A DNA stretch of 64,000 nucleotides. It comes from Antedon mediterranea (taxonomy: Eukaryota; Animalia; Echinodermata). The stretch covers positions 5,394,001-5,458,000 of the forward strand of contig NC_092673.1 in assembly GCF_964355755.1 (NCBI RefSeq), written 5' to 3'. Below the pieces are notes generated by a model that made no database searches, was not told the origin of the DNA, and saw only the letters and a program-made list of their open reading frames with translations. Below are positions 27,703-42,331 of this stretch, piece after piece. Numbering within the stretch: the first letter of the stretch is position 1; every line of letters starts with the position of its first letter. The translations under genes and the position numbers were made by a program.

Positions 27703-29718
27703 TTAATTTATGAACTGTTCAAACAATAAACGGTAAACTTTTATTTTTGTGTTAAACAAGGGAAGAGTGGTTAAACTGTAGAGCATGGACCTTAAATATC
27801 CAGGATTTTTAAGTCTGCCTAAAATTGTAAACTAAAGTGGTAAACCAATATTCTGTATAAAAATAGGATTTAAATTACAATCAATCCAATCCAATTTATA
27901 AATTCGCATTTATGAACACAGAATGATCTCGTGCAACTTGCAAAAAGGTACCATCTCTTTTGCAGATTATTTTTTGTCTAAACAATCTTAATCATGTGAA
28001 CCAATAATATTCTGTATATTGATAATATAAGAATTTACATTATAAATCTTTAAATTTGCCTATAAACACTGATAAAACTCTCCTTAAATCTCATGCAACT
28101 TGGTGCCAAAATACACAGCTACAGATCTCTTTTGCAGATTATTTTTGGTTGGGTCTAATCTTTGAAATCTTAATCATGTCGTCCACTGGTTATAGGTTTT
28201 GTCACGTTACATACTGCTTAGCCAGATAACTTGTGGCGCTACTTACTTCTTAACCAAATAACGTGTGTATTCAGGTGCTAAGGACACCGGTAATCCTAAA
28301 AGTAAGTGGATATAGTAAACTCCATTCCCAATCTGATTTAATGTTTTTATTAACATATAAACTGCAGTACTATCCTGCAGTAAACGCTATACTATATATG
28401 TCTAACGATAAAATGTTTTGTTTCTTATAAATTATTGTTTAGTTTTCTGTTTATTAAATACCGTATGTACTTTTACATGTAGGTGTTAAAATAAATGTAA
28501 TTCTGCTAACAAGTAGTTTGTTTAACACCTAAATTTGAATAATTGCTTGGCACAGAAATTGATAAATTCCAAGCAACACCTTGACATTGGTGCCTTCCCA
28601 TGAGTGCTCAGCCCACACAGAAAGTCAAGTCAGAACCTAATAGTAATAAAGTAATGTTGTTATTTTGATAAATACGGAATAAGGTTATTTGGTAATTTTA
28701 TTATATGCTAAACATTAGAAAAAAAGTTATAGCGGATGTTTTTCACAACTTTTACGTTACCGTGGAGAAATACTGTACTATTTTCAATTATTTTTGCTCA
28801 TAAATGCTATATTTGTTTGAAAGTTTACATGATAATGATATTGGTAGAGAATAATTGCGTAAACTTATTATTGTCATGACAGCACTGCAAGTAAATATAG
28901 TTATAAATGTTGTCGGTTTCGTCAGTTTCTGAACACATTAAGGATTAGAGAAAACATACTATAACGTAATTAATTACTTTAATAATGGATGTAAGAATTG
29001 ATTATCAGCAGCAAGGTAAAGGAATTGTTTACTTTATAGTAAAACTGTTTATTCTTTGTTAACTTAATGTTTACCTACTTTAACCAAGATCTTTAGTTGT
29101 GCACAACAAACAGTATAAGTCTTTTGAAGTCCTTGGTTTTAGCATTAAAAAAGAACATTTTCCCAGGCCTAAAGGAGATGAAATTATTCTTCCAGTTATT
29201 AGTCGGGTCCATCTTTAAATCTTGTTGCTTGAAATATAGTATTTGGTGGCAAGATTGTACAGTAGGCCTACAGTACAATATCTCCATTGAGATTCAGCCA
29301 CTGATATCAACAGAATTGTCATTTTTTCAGTAATTTGCCTTTGGAGGATAGTGATGGTTAGTTTGTACAGTAGCTATAACTGGGGTATTCCTCAGCTGTA
29401 GAACACAAAGCTACTGTAGTTCAAACTAAGTAGGGAAATTAATTCGAAAACTGACCATTACTAATAGTCGTCAACATACAAAATGTCCTTATATCGGTGC
29501 CCTCTATAAATTTATAATGTTATCTTCAGATTAGTAACCTTGTTAAATTAATATATAATAGTAAAACAAATTTTTCCATGGTCAGGTCATAAGTTTCCAG
29601 ACATAAACTATAAAAACCTTGTTTAATGTTAATAAAGGTGAGTACTGCATAATATAACTTTCCATGCAACATAAAATAACAGAAAACAATGTTTCTTCAT
29701 CTACCCACTGTCAAGCTT

Positions 29719-29831
29719 AGCTCAGTCTACACTACCAATGGTGGTAATATGCCCAAATAAGGTAGTATCATGTCCATATATGAGCACATCACATTTTCTT
29801 GTCGCATAAAGTTTGATAGTGAGACAGAGCT
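29719..29831. mobile_element. MITE family A copy (reverse, degenerate)
   Basis: Family consensus. Confidence 0.8.
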
Positions 29832-30282
29832 TTACAGTACAAGATAATGTATTGTAATTTAATAGGATCACCCATCATGATGCATTAGAACTGTATGATA
29901 AAATATAGTGCATTTGATTATGCTGTAGAGAATACTGATTGTATTATACTCCAATTTAAGGAACACCCCCTGAGCCTCAATCAAAGGTTAACAGTAGTGT
30001 TTCAAATCTGAACTTGGCAACAAAACAAGCATTAAGAACTTTATTATTGAGGTGCCTGGTGGAGTAGACGCCAAGATAAGGATTTTGAATGGGTACTGGA
30101 TTTAAGAATTCTAGCTACTGTTTACATTTTTTGGTGAAAAACAGGATCTAAAGCATTGTATCACGGTAAAAGACTAGGAAGTATATTAATCTGGTGTTTC
30201 ATCTATTGAATAATGTCGCTAGGTAAATTTAATGATAAGGTAGGGATTTTGAAATTTATTAGTTTGAATTAAATTAGTTTTA

Positions 30283-30443
30283 AGCTCCGTCTACACTATC
30301 AAACTTTATGTGACAAAAAAATGTGCTTATATATAGACATGATGATGTCATATCATTATCACTACCATATTTGGGCACATTGCCAATCATATTTGGGCAA
30401 ATACTATTTTTTGTCAAACTCGTTTGATAGTGTAGACAGAGCT
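30283..30443. mobile_element. MITE family A copy
   Basis: TIRs; TTA/TTA duplication. Confidence 0.9.
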
Positions 30444-33287
30444 TTAGGGTTGTCTTACAAATTATTTCAAATGGTATGATGATAGACGACCACCTTCATA
30501 CAGATTAAAATCACTTTATTCTCCATTACAGTCATTTACTCCGCCTATAAGTGTTGAAATTGGGCTAAATTAGATAGATGGTAGGATAAGATTTGTATTG
30601 TATTGATTGTAATTGTAACGATTCAAGTCAACAACAGTGACAACGCATATTTTGATACAAAAATAACACTACAAAGATTTCAACAATTTAATCTTAAGAA
30701 TCAGATCCCACTTTTGTACTTATTAATAGTTAACAACCCAAGAAATTTGAATGGTTTTAAATATTGTTTACTTTTTATTTAGTTATTCAAAGTTAAACAC
30801 TTCAGTCATAGAATGGATAAGGAGAGTACGAGAAACTTAGTAGTGTTGCGGCGTACTCTAAATTTACATAATTATAGAAGAATCCTTTTTAATTTGAATA
30901 AAATTACTTATTTTTATATCCTATATTCCATTTCCATTATATTAAATGGTCTTTATAAAATGATATACCTGTATTTTTAGTTTTTGGCACTCTACCCAAT
31001 CCCCATTTTTTTATATTCATTTTAAGCATATGACATGATGATAAATGATGCACATTCAGTTTTTGTCACCATCCCCCATTCCTATTTTTCATATGGCAGG
31101 CTTATAGTAGATTCAGTATAGCAATGGGTAAACGATATTTATGAGGTATGAATATTACGAATAGGAATGTTAATAGTACTATATGAAATGCTTAAACCAT
31201 TACATGATACAGATACAATTAGGTGGACTAAACAAGACACCTTTCAACAGCTTCAAAACATGATAATATCCCAAAACCGTTTACAATGTTTTTGAAGGCC
31301 TGGGAGACAAGTGGCGTTATGGCCTAGTGCCAACTTCTACCTCAACAGGTCCTACTTTAAAAAGCACATACTGTACTGTACTGAACAAACTATAAACACT
31401 AATTCTAGTATCATATTGCTAACATAATGGGCGTCGTCGGTGATAGCATTCCCTAATGAATTCACCTCAGTCTGGCCCCAAGGATCCCTCTCTGTGACAC
31501 CATGCATCATGTGATTGTAATAATACCAGATCTTAATTTCTATTCAAATTGATGGATAATAGAAACAGTGGTGTATGGTATAATATTTTAGGCCAGATAG
31601 ATCTGAGATAAATGTATTGTGAGTATGCTTTTAGAAAACTCTGCGGAATTTGTCATAAGTTCTGGTCACTTAAGTTAGATGAAGGAGGTACTATTTTCAG
31701 TTAATTTGCAATCTGGCCTAAATTTGCAAGATTTACAGTCACGCAATGTTCCCAGACCTGAACTACAGTGGAAAGGTTAGTATTTAGCTGGTAAGGCTAA
31801 AGCATGAACTAAACTGTACAAAGGTATATTGAGTGGAAAATGAGCAAAGGTTATGTGAATTATGGAAAAGTTCAAATAGTTTATTTATGGTAGGTACTTT
31901 GTAACATTTTACTTAGTTCCGATTGTGTTTTACCAGCACGCAAGATTATAAAGTGTCGATTGAGATGCTCTCATACATGTATTTTTGTTGTTCATGTTTT
32001 AAATTTTTCAAAATTGCAGTTATCATCTACTGTATTGATTAATGAATTTCACAAATTAAGTACAAATCATTCTTTGATCATACTTGGATTGGATAAAAAT
32101 TATTTTATTTTATCATACCATAGGTATTTGCCTTAGGTGCAATTATACAGTAGCATTGGTATTTCTAGACCTGTATTCCAATTCCATATAATCCCATATA
32201 AGAACTTTTATGCCCAATTCTAGGCTTTGGCATTTCTAGGTCCATAAATATGGTTTTTTTTTACTGCAGTGATGACATATTTACTTTACAAACATTGTAA
32301 ACTTCTTGCCATTAAAAAACCATAAAGAATCTAGTTATTGGCCATTAAAGAACCATGGGGTGTCAACTCAATATTGTTTAGCAAATAAATACTATATTAA
32401 AGTAGTCTTTACTATGTTATTTGTAATAGTTTTTGGAGGTAGATTATAGAGTAATTTATACAACATTTTTTATACCCAGTATACATTGTCCCATTGTGTT
32501 ATTACTGCTGTATTTGGTCGATTAAACGTCCTTCGTCTACCTTTCTGAAACGAAAGCTCACTGCAATCTTGATTTCAGTACCACCCGTACACCTCAAACA
32601 GAAAGGACAATGCCCTGTTACCGACTAATTATTCTAACTATCATTAACCTTGAGAATATAAATAAAAGCTAGTATTACATGCCTAATAAAGACAATGAGC
32701 TTAATGACTCAAAATGTATGTCTTCGTTACTGTATCTTATGTGACAGCTAGGCTTAGTACAATCAGGGAGTTGTAAAACAGGAGCAGTGAATCATTAGCC
32801 TTCAACAATATACAGCTTCTTTTGTAGTATATTTATTACTAATATTAAAAAACCATGAAAGTACAGACGCTACTTCAGTCAACCACAGTGGTTGAGATGT
32901 AGTGGTTTATTTTTTATGTGGTATAAATTAGATTTAAATCCTTGAGTAAGTTGATGTTATTTACGGAAGAGAAAAAAATGAGCATGGCACAAAAGATGCA
33001 CTGTTGAGTACAGATAATAAAAACCTTTGACGAGAACTGATGGATGTTTTAAATGTGGATATGTAAAGTGTAATATTGGGATCAAACTGTATGCTTTTCA
33101 TTAGCAACTTTGAGCTCAGTTGCACAGTACCACAGGCTGAGGTAAATGTCAGGTAAATGTCATCCTTGGTTTGATGTTCTTCAGTAAAAAACAAAGTAAC
33201 TAGCCAATCACTTTCTAAATATTGTTTGATCTAATGTAGTATTAATCCCCCCTCACCCTCGGCAAGGACAGATCTCAGTAGGGTTGA

Positions 33288-33454
33288 CATGAAAAAGTGC
33301 TCATCACTTGATCAGTAACCTTGCTATCAAGATCAAGAAACTTACAAATAAATTCTTTCTGCTTGAAATCTTTATTTCATGAAAAGGTGCTCATCACTTG
33401 ATCAGTAACATTGCTATCAAGATCAAGAAACTTACAAATAAATTCTTTCTGCTT
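33288..33454. repeat. Tandem duplication, 90-bp period
   Basis: catgaaaa.gtgctcatcacttgatcagtaac at 33288 and 33378. Confidence 0.9.
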
Positions 33455-34620
33455 CAGTGTAGTTTCAGTATCAGTGGTATTTTTCATAGAAATTTGGATA
33501 CAATCTTAGTTTAGTAGATCACAATCAAAACATGTATGTAAAGATCAATGAATTGGTGGACTGTACACAGTGAATGTGTCAAACAGATAGTTAAACTTAA
33601 TTAAAGATATTTTAATACCCATATGTTTCTAAAAACATCAATATTGTATTTATGCTGTGTCACTTTTTAGCCCAGAAAACAGTTTATGAACACTGTTTTG
33701 TTGGAAGTAAGTGTTTTATTTGCAATACCTTAACATTTATTGGCCTACACTATAAAGATGAGTTTTGTGGGTTGGGAATAGTTTAATTCAAATTCCTCAT
33801 GGTTTACTAGTGTTACATAATTGTGTGCTGTAGATGAAAGGAAAGGAAAAAACACAATTTGGTCACTCCTTCTCAAGTGGCAGAAATTCATGGAATCAAT
33901 TTTCTTTTAATTCAATTTGTTTAAACAACTATTAACACTTATTGTTAAGCTTTACTTGAATTAAAGTCTTTAGTTTAGGTTTTATTCGGTATTCACTGTA
34001 GAATTTCTTTCATTTTGGTATTACATACATTGAGTGGCTTATAATGCTTTACAGTACAATAGTGATTCTTAATGATTTACCGGTAACTTTGAACTCTATA
34101 ACTGTTTATCCTAATTTGTTCTCTGTTAATAACCTTTTTAGGTATAAGATCAAACCTTGTCATATTATTGATTCATTCGATGTGAAATAATGGCTCCAAT
34201 TGATCTGTTCTCATTGGTATAAAATGGTAGTACCTGCGTAACTAATCCCCATTGTTTTTGTGTCTCTGAGCCGTCTCTTTTAAACAATTGGAAATTGTAA
34301 CAACTATACTGTGATATAATGACAAACGGGGTATATTTCGATAAACAGTATATGGATTGCCTGTAACGTAGAGTACCTGTAGGTGTACTATTTGCACATT
34401 ACTGTTTTGTAATAGGCTTCTATTACTAGTATATTATGTTGGTAAGTTTTCTTAATGTATAATACTGCTATGTACTAATATATTGCCTCTATTTCAGGAT
34501 TATTGTGTTGAATATTATAGGCCTACTGTATAGTATGTTCATGTGTATACAGCCGGATAGGCTGCAACAATTTTGAAGTCCAACCAATTATGTTTTGTTT
34601 ACTTGTTATTGTTTTTGCAG

Positions 34621-35256
34621 CATAAAGAAAAGGGATTGATACGACCAATCGCCATGCATCCTTGTACATCACCACACTCGTCAAACAAAGTCAAACGGAC
34701 GATGTCTGCATCTCCAAAACCGAGTGTTCCTGACAACATCCGGGATCTTCGACGAGTTCCTGATGTCGTCTTGGCAAACCAGAGACGCGACTACGGTGGA
34801 AATCATTTCCATGAACCTCCAATGAAAGCGTATTCCCTACAAGATTTAAACTCGTCTTCTTTGCATCCCTCTTTTCAACCAAATTTAGCTTCTATATCGG
34901 ATGGTCCCGAGTCAATCAGACGCACGAAAAATGGGAAACTACATCCGTCACAGTCGTTGAACTATTTAAATGGAAATTATAACACGATTAGTGGATCGCC
35001 CTCTATGAAAGCATCGTCTGATCCTCGTGCAAGAAATCATAGTCATAATAACTTATCGTCTGATAAGCATATGAACCATTTGAATGAGACATTGCGTTCA
35101 AGTCATGGTAGTTTAGCATCATCAGGACGTGTGTCGGGGTCAGGTCAACAAGATGGATGGTCTCCTACTTCCAGACACTCTTCTAGGCAGTCAAGCCGTG
35201 TATCGTCGGTTAGCGTTGAGGAAGATGAGTTACTGATGCTAAGAAATAAAGTGCAG
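34621..35256 (+). CDS. LZTS2: LZTS-family protein, coding exon 2 (212 aa, Ser-rich)
   Basis: tttgcag|CAT; HKEKGLIRPIAMHP continues the vertebrate motif KLEK-NMEKILIRPTAFKP; donor CAG|gtgagg, phase 0. Confidence 0.9.
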
Positions 35257-37022
35257 GTGAGGTTAAAATTGTTACTTTTAATTACAGTTAATACTATTTC
35301 TTGTTTTGTATGTTATCAATATCACATTTTGAATGCTACTTGTTTTCCTCATAATCATCGCCATGATGATTAGCTATGGTAATCATCACAATCGCCTACT
35401 TCTGTACTACTTGATCTAAAATATTAATTTCTCTACTGTACATCCCCTGAGGTAATTAGCCTTTATTGCCTGGTGGCTGTATGTGGAAAAATAATTAACC
35501 TTCCTGCTTCATACAGTTAACAACATAAAACAGTATGAGTGCCTATAGCAATACCAGAATAATAATTTAGCATTTTATTTCACAAGAATCATGCATTATG
35601 ATAAGGCAAAGTGCATGGCAAAGTTAGAATATTGAATTGTCAACAAGAATTACAATGTTGTATCAAACGCTTCCGGAGCTAAGCCCCGAATTGATTGCGT
35701 AATAAAGCTACAACAAGCAATTACTGTCCATCGGGATTTAATATTGATTAAGATAGGTATTGAATTGATCTGCTCCTCCAAGCAGGTGATAAAATTTGGC
35801 TTCCAGCCAATTTGTAAAATTGATGGAAGTTGCAGACCACAAATAGTGACTAATAAACCATATGTAGGCTGGTCCTCATCATTAGGTAATTATGTCCAAC
35901 AACAAAGAGAGTGAAATTAGTACTGTGCTTCCATAACGAGAAAGATTATCGTCAGAATGGAGACATACTGATGTTTCTACAGCTGGATTTTGTCGCAGAG
36001 TGTCACTGCTCTGAGGGAAGTCTAAGGTATCATGGTTCGCTTGGAAAAATTATAAAGCTCTTGAGAATAGATACAATATCTCATGTTGATAGAATCTGGC
36101 CAAGTGGAATGAATTGTTACTCGGGAACTGTATTCACTTGATTATAGTGAACAATAGCTTATTTTATTTGGTTTGTACTGGAGTTGTACTACATGTTTGC
36201 TGTAGGAAGAAGTACATATATTTCTGGTGCCATTTCAGTCTGATATTATTCTCCTGTGTACTAGTATGATGAAATTTAGGCGAGGTGAGATGGTTTTATT
36301 TATTCAGTACAGTTAGTGTGTTGTCAATTGTGTGTGTTATTATATAGTAATTGAAAAACTATTTGTTTTGTAAACACATCATTTGAAGCATGTGTGTTTT
36401 GGATTAAGTAAATAAATATATGTAAAATTTGAAGTGAAGTTTGAACTAATTGAATACAGTATGTATAGCCTCTTGGACTATACTTGTTTTTAACTTCAAT
36501 ATTTAGGGGAATGTTTGTAATGTAGGTGTAGTAGATCTTTTAATTAACGATTCCTCAAATTAGAGACCATTTTAAGTACTTTATGATTCCAGAGGAGACC
36601 ATTAAATCACTGGTCCCAAAGTGGTAGGTTTTATTTGGATTGCAATGGATTTATAGATAGTACAATCCTGTTTACAAAGATAAATATATTTTTTTGGTTG
36701 ACATTTTTTTAGATGTTGAGTATGTTGTTGTTGAGTATGTTGAGTTGATGTACAGTATGAGCTTGTGACATTTACACCGTGTCAGAATTTCAAGATATAG
36801 AAATAATTTTATGCGCAGTCAAGTAAAGAATCACCATAATAAGTTATACAGTATTAGTTTTAGATTCTCCTGCTTGTTGTCTGAATAATAATCACAGTAT
36901 ATTAATATACTCAAGTGTTTTAATAGCTGTGGAATTAAACCTATCACAAAACGTATACACAGCTCTTACAAGTTATTTTTTAATGTAGAATATTATTAAG
37001 GAGGTTTTCTGTCATTAAGTAA

Positions 37023-37360
37023 TGCACTTGTCAATTGTATGACCCACTATACGACCCCCGGGAGAGGTGTGTCATTTGTCCGATGTGCGTCATACTTTTG
37101 AATACCATGACGCACCCGTGCGTCAAAAAGGTGACTTACCTTTAGGTGACCATGACGCACCCATTTTGACGCACTGTGACCATGTTGTTTATGATATGGT
37201 GGGTGGTAAAGTGACGGACATTGACACACCTTGTTCATTGATGTGACGTACCATCTAGGTTTTTTGACGCACCCCTGCGTCAGTAATTATTTGTAAATGA
37301 CGCACCCATGACGCACCTCTCCCGGGGGTCGTATAGTGGGTCATACAATTGACAAGTGCA
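37023..37360. mobile_element. MITE with long TIRs
   Basis: About 50-bp near-perfect TIR TGCACTTGTCAATTGTATGACCCACTATACGACCCCCGGGAGAGGTG; TAA/TAA; internal TGACGCACCC repeats. Confidence 0.92.
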
Positions 37361-39273
37361 TAATGAAGTATTGAGCATTGACAATGTTTAGTAGCAGTTT
37401 CAATCACCATTCAAAATACTGTACAATACACTATACTAAAACCATACTCTGAAAACCACCACCTTTCCTAAAACCATAATTTGTTTACGATCCCATTCCC
37501 AATAGTTATAAAAATTATATTCAAAGTGCATTCTGAAATCGTGGCTGTCAAAAAAGTTCAAAAAAGAAGAAACTGAGAGTGCATGTAGTGAAATTTCATA
37601 AATAAACTATGCCGGTAAACTGTATTATTACTATGTATAGGTTGTTGATACTACCGGTATATTACCATTATTATTTAATATTATATAATTCCCAGAATGT
37701 TAATCTATAACCACCAAATATAATGGTACTATTTATTGTAATCAATAAATGTCAACAGGTTTAGAGAAAATAAAGTTTATCATAGGATTTAGGTCGGCTT
37801 ATTTATTGTTGTGGGTTATTGGTTTCAATCAATGCTTGTCTTGTTTCAATTTATCAAGAAATTGATGATATAATACTTTTGAAATGTTACTTTAATAATA
37901 TAATTGAAAGTTTAGTTTCCTGTCTATTGTGTTCAATTTTCAGTTTTATTTGATCTTAGTTCCTGGATTAAGTTGTGAAAATAACAGCGCTGTTATCTGA
38001 AAGATCTGATCATATTTTTATCACAATAAAGAAGGTTAGGCTAGCTGTTTACTTTTAGTTTGGTTGTAGTCAATAAAGTACACACATTCCATAATGAGAG
38101 GCAGCTACATGGCTGTGTATCAGAAATTTACGATCTTTTAGTCGATTTTAATTCTGTTGATAAGGTATGTAACATACTCGCTTTTTTTTCTGGTGATTTT
38201 AGGAACATAATTTGAAAATGGCATGTCATTTTAATTTGAAATAAAGGAGAAGCACTATTAATAAGTCTTCTCTCCACAATGCTACAAACTTTTTCTATCC
38301 ACTAGCAAACTAATTGTAAATTAAACATATTGCTTGCCTTTGTTAAACATTAAAGTGTCCTCTAGTGTTCTCCCAAAAGAGGGATTCTGCTACACTCTTG
38401 TGGTAAGTCTGTTTAATTACTGTTACTGTACAATAGACCCACTGCAGGCATACAATACATAACATAAATGATTGTTAAATTAGAAACGAGTATAGCATGG
38501 ATTGACATACTTTTTACGATATCGTGATTGTTAAGTATGCCGATAGCGCAGAGACGAGTAAGCGAATTAAGTATGATATAAATTGGTAAATATTAGAAAG
38601 ATAATTCCTGTTTATGATACCGATTCATCTTCTGCGATATTACTTTTTAAACATGTACTTGTAGTGGTATTGCAAAGGCTGCTAATATTCTAACAGCTCG
38701 CAGACACTGTACATATGATGGATTGATATCTGTAGGCTAGAATCTTTTTAAGACTTGAACTCATTTAAAAAGCCTATAATTGAGGTACATGCCCTTTAGC
38801 TGGGATTTAAATCTGAAAAGAATATAAAACCAAAAGATCGAGATGAATAAAAAGTTGAGTAATCTGACTCGTAGAACTCAACAACAAGTGGGTTTTGTCG
38901 TTAATAAGAACCGTAAGTAATACAATTTAAATTTGGCTTAAAATTGTAAGAAAAGACTTAGTGGTATATGGTCATGTGTTAATAATTGTGCTAGTTTGAA
39001 ATCAGTACGATTAGTTGGATTTTGTTTATCTATTGTAGAAGAAAAACCAGAAGGAGACTTGTCAAAATCAAAATATCAGATTATAAAAATTGTTATGAAC
39101 AATACTGTACTTGGTTGCCCTTGGTTGCCCTTTTGGGCAAGTCAGTAACAAACTGTGCAATGCATTGAGATTAGCTTAAAATTGTATCCATATTAAAATG
39201 TAGATTTTTATGAAACTGTGATTTGAAAATGGCATTAAGAAGATATAAAACATATTTATTTATATCAAGATAA

Positions 39274-39347
39274 CAGAGGCGGATCCAAGCAATTTCGCAA
39301 ATTGCAATGCAAAAGATAGGACATTTTTTACCCTGGATCTGCCATTG
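39274..39347. mobile_element. Short hAT-like MITE remnant
   Basis: cagaggcggatcca ... tggatctgccattg imperfect termini; no TSD seen. Confidence 0.4.
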
Positions 39348-41284
39348 GATAGCAGCAAGTATAGTGTTTACATCAAAAAGTAATAATAGATTTAGACGAT
39401 CATATGTTCATATTCCAATAGATTACACAGTATTTTTATTTATTTATTAAACCATGGATCAGTATTCCCACAACAAGCTGTTTTGAATCGATATTTCTAT
39501 CACAATAACTACTCATACTTTTTTACTATAAAACGACTACAACAGGTTGTTTATGATTTACGACTTCTCTGCGTCATAATCACTCTCTGGAAGACGATGA
39601 TTGCTATGGTAACATTGCGTTAATATGAAATAGTAATCAACTTGGGTTCTTTGTTGATAATTCCGACAGTATTCTGTCAGTCACTCTTAATATTAAGATG
39701 TCATACTGTTTAGAAATATTTGTGAGTATGTACATCCTTTTTTTTTATCTGTTTAATCACAGTTAAATTATTTTGTAGGCCAATCCTAAAATATGTTTGA
39801 TTAAAATGGGGTTTTTTTTTGTAGTGGATGTGGATGTGTATACTATAATACTGTACATCATACATCTATAAATCGTTATTCTACACCTTATGGTACTTCT
39901 AATGAATGCAGGATTCTATTAATTATTTTTTTAAATAAATGAAGTGAAAATAAAACAACTATTTAAGATCCCTTTTACACTTCACAATGGTAGAAATTTA
40001 CATTTACTGTTTTCAATTATTATACTGATTTTTCACAATTTTTTATTAATACCATACTACCATACATAAATTTTCTCTAATTTTATTGTGAAACTTAAAA
40101 CCCAGAATACAGGTATGTGGCAAAACAAAGAACAATTTACTGATAATTCAAATCAAACTACTATATTCACATAGAAATAAATGTAATAATACATTTTACA
40201 TATTTTTTATTTTTATTTATTATTATTGTTGTTGTTATGAAATTATTAATAGATGAAACATTTTGCAGGATCTTTATAAAGTAGGCATACTTATAATTTT
40301 CTATGGCATGTAAAACATGCATAACTACTATAAAACTGCTGAATATGTCTGGTTTTACGCGTGATTGATTGTATTTGGCTTCTCCAAGTGCAGAAATTGT
40401 ATCAAAACTGTATAAATTACAATAATATGTCAAATATTCAGACTCTGGTCACAAATGAGAATTTTCCTTGTACTTCCATTCTCCTTTTACCGAACCAGGA
40501 AGGAGTTGGAAGAAATGTGATGTAATACCACCCCCACCAAGTTTATTTTATTCTAAGCCAGTTGAGTCATCACAAACATATTCATAATTATCATAAAAAC
40601 CAGGCAGTTGATTAGGAGAACAACATGTTTTAGAGGGGAGTGCCAATGGTGCTTATCTCTCTGATATTTGCTCCAAAGCAGCAAGACAATACACCGATAT
40701 CTGACATTTGATTCCGTCAAATTCATCCTGATTAAATTCTGCATCTTTATTAAACATCTTGAAAGGAAGTTTGGATTGGTGATGATAATTGACTGTTTTT
40801 TGTAGTGACCTTTATTGACCTGTGTGGCTTATCTTTAGCATTACTGTTAAGAAACATTCACAATCAAGACACTCCTAATTTTAGTCAGTTATTGTCTACA
40901 ACAAGACAAGACATGTTTTCTCAATTTGTGATTTTCAACGAAGTTTAATCATTTGAATGCGACAAATATACCTCAGCTGATTACGGATTTTAAACAAGAT
41001 ATCTTTTTAAATTACATCGAAACAGATCATTTTATAATATTAGTGCATAATATACTTGTTTTGAGATTTCTAACTTTTTATTCTATCTGGTCTTGAATTT
41101 GACTAATATGGCGTTGTTTAAACGTTGTATCGGAATGGTAAGTTTTCATTGCAGATATTGAGCAATACCATAAATGGAATGATATACAGTATTTGTTTTC
41201 AAAAAGAAGATGGATGAATAACTAATTCAATGTTTCATTTGAATATTTTTTTTACTAACAATTATTTTATATTTTATTTTACAG

Positions 41285-41458
41285 AATCAAGAAGTGACAA
41301 TTGATGCACTTCGACAGACGATGGAGAAGAATGAAAATACCATATTTCAAGTTTTTGGAGAAAAACAGAAGAGCTGGGAGAGACAAATGGAGAATTTAAA
41401 AGAAAAGCTAAGAGAGAAAGAAGACAGAGTGCATATAGCTGAAAATAGGTTAAAACAG
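41285..41458 (+). CDS. LZTS2: LZTS-family protein, coding exon 3 (58 aa)
   Basis: tttacag|AAT ... CAG|gtaaga, 174 nt; LRQTMEKNENTIFQVFGEKQKSW resembles the LZTS coiled-coil start. Confidence 0.88.
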
Positions 41459-41637
41459 GTAAGAAAGAATAGATACATTCAGTTGCCCACTAGGCATCCT
41501 AGCTGTTTTGCTGGCCCAACTAATATTTTTCAAAATACGTAGAAGCCTTATAAAATGTAGAGGTAAACCATGCATGGTGCATGCGGTATGTATTGTTGCC
41601 ATTAATGATGGTGTGCCAAATGTTCTCTGGTTTATCA

Positions 41638-41763
41638 AGCTCTGTCTACTGTACACTATCAAACTAAAAGTGTGATGTGCCCAGCTATGGTAGTGATATG
41701 CCCAAATATGGTAGTGACATATATGGGCACATTACTTTTTTTGTTATATATTTAGACAGAGCT
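41638..41763. mobile_element. MITE family A copy (degenerate)
   Basis: Family consensus. Confidence 0.8.
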
Positions 41764-42331
41764 TTAGAATTGTCCATAAGAGGAATTAATATGCCACCTT
41801 CAGATTGGGAAAATTAAGCTAGCGTAACTAATATAAGGCATAATTATATTCAAGGTCGGTTATTGCTTTATCTTATTCAACTTTTAATCTTCGCTGGTAT
41901 GAAGTTATATTGTAGAGGTCAAACCTAATTAAAATTCAAAATCAGGGTCATCACTTAAATCTTTTTATCTATTATAAATGATAGAATAATGACATGATAA
42001 TCAAAAACAATGTTGGTACCAGTTTTACCATGAAGAGAATTTAATTTAGACTTGAAAGATATCTATTATTAGAAGCATTTCACTTGTAATAAAACAAAAG
42101 AATCTAGGTTGAATTCATAGATCAACGTACCAAGACAAATTTAAGTAAGTCAGTTCACATTTCCCTAAACAAGACTGTGACACCTATTAAAAATTGTGTG
42201 CTTGGTACATGATGTTTTTGTGCTATTTATTTTGTTTTTTTGAGTTAAGATTCTACAATGATTCTTATTTGTCGCAGTCGATGATAATAATTAAATTGTA
42301 ATTTATATTTTAAATATTTTTGTTTTTTCAG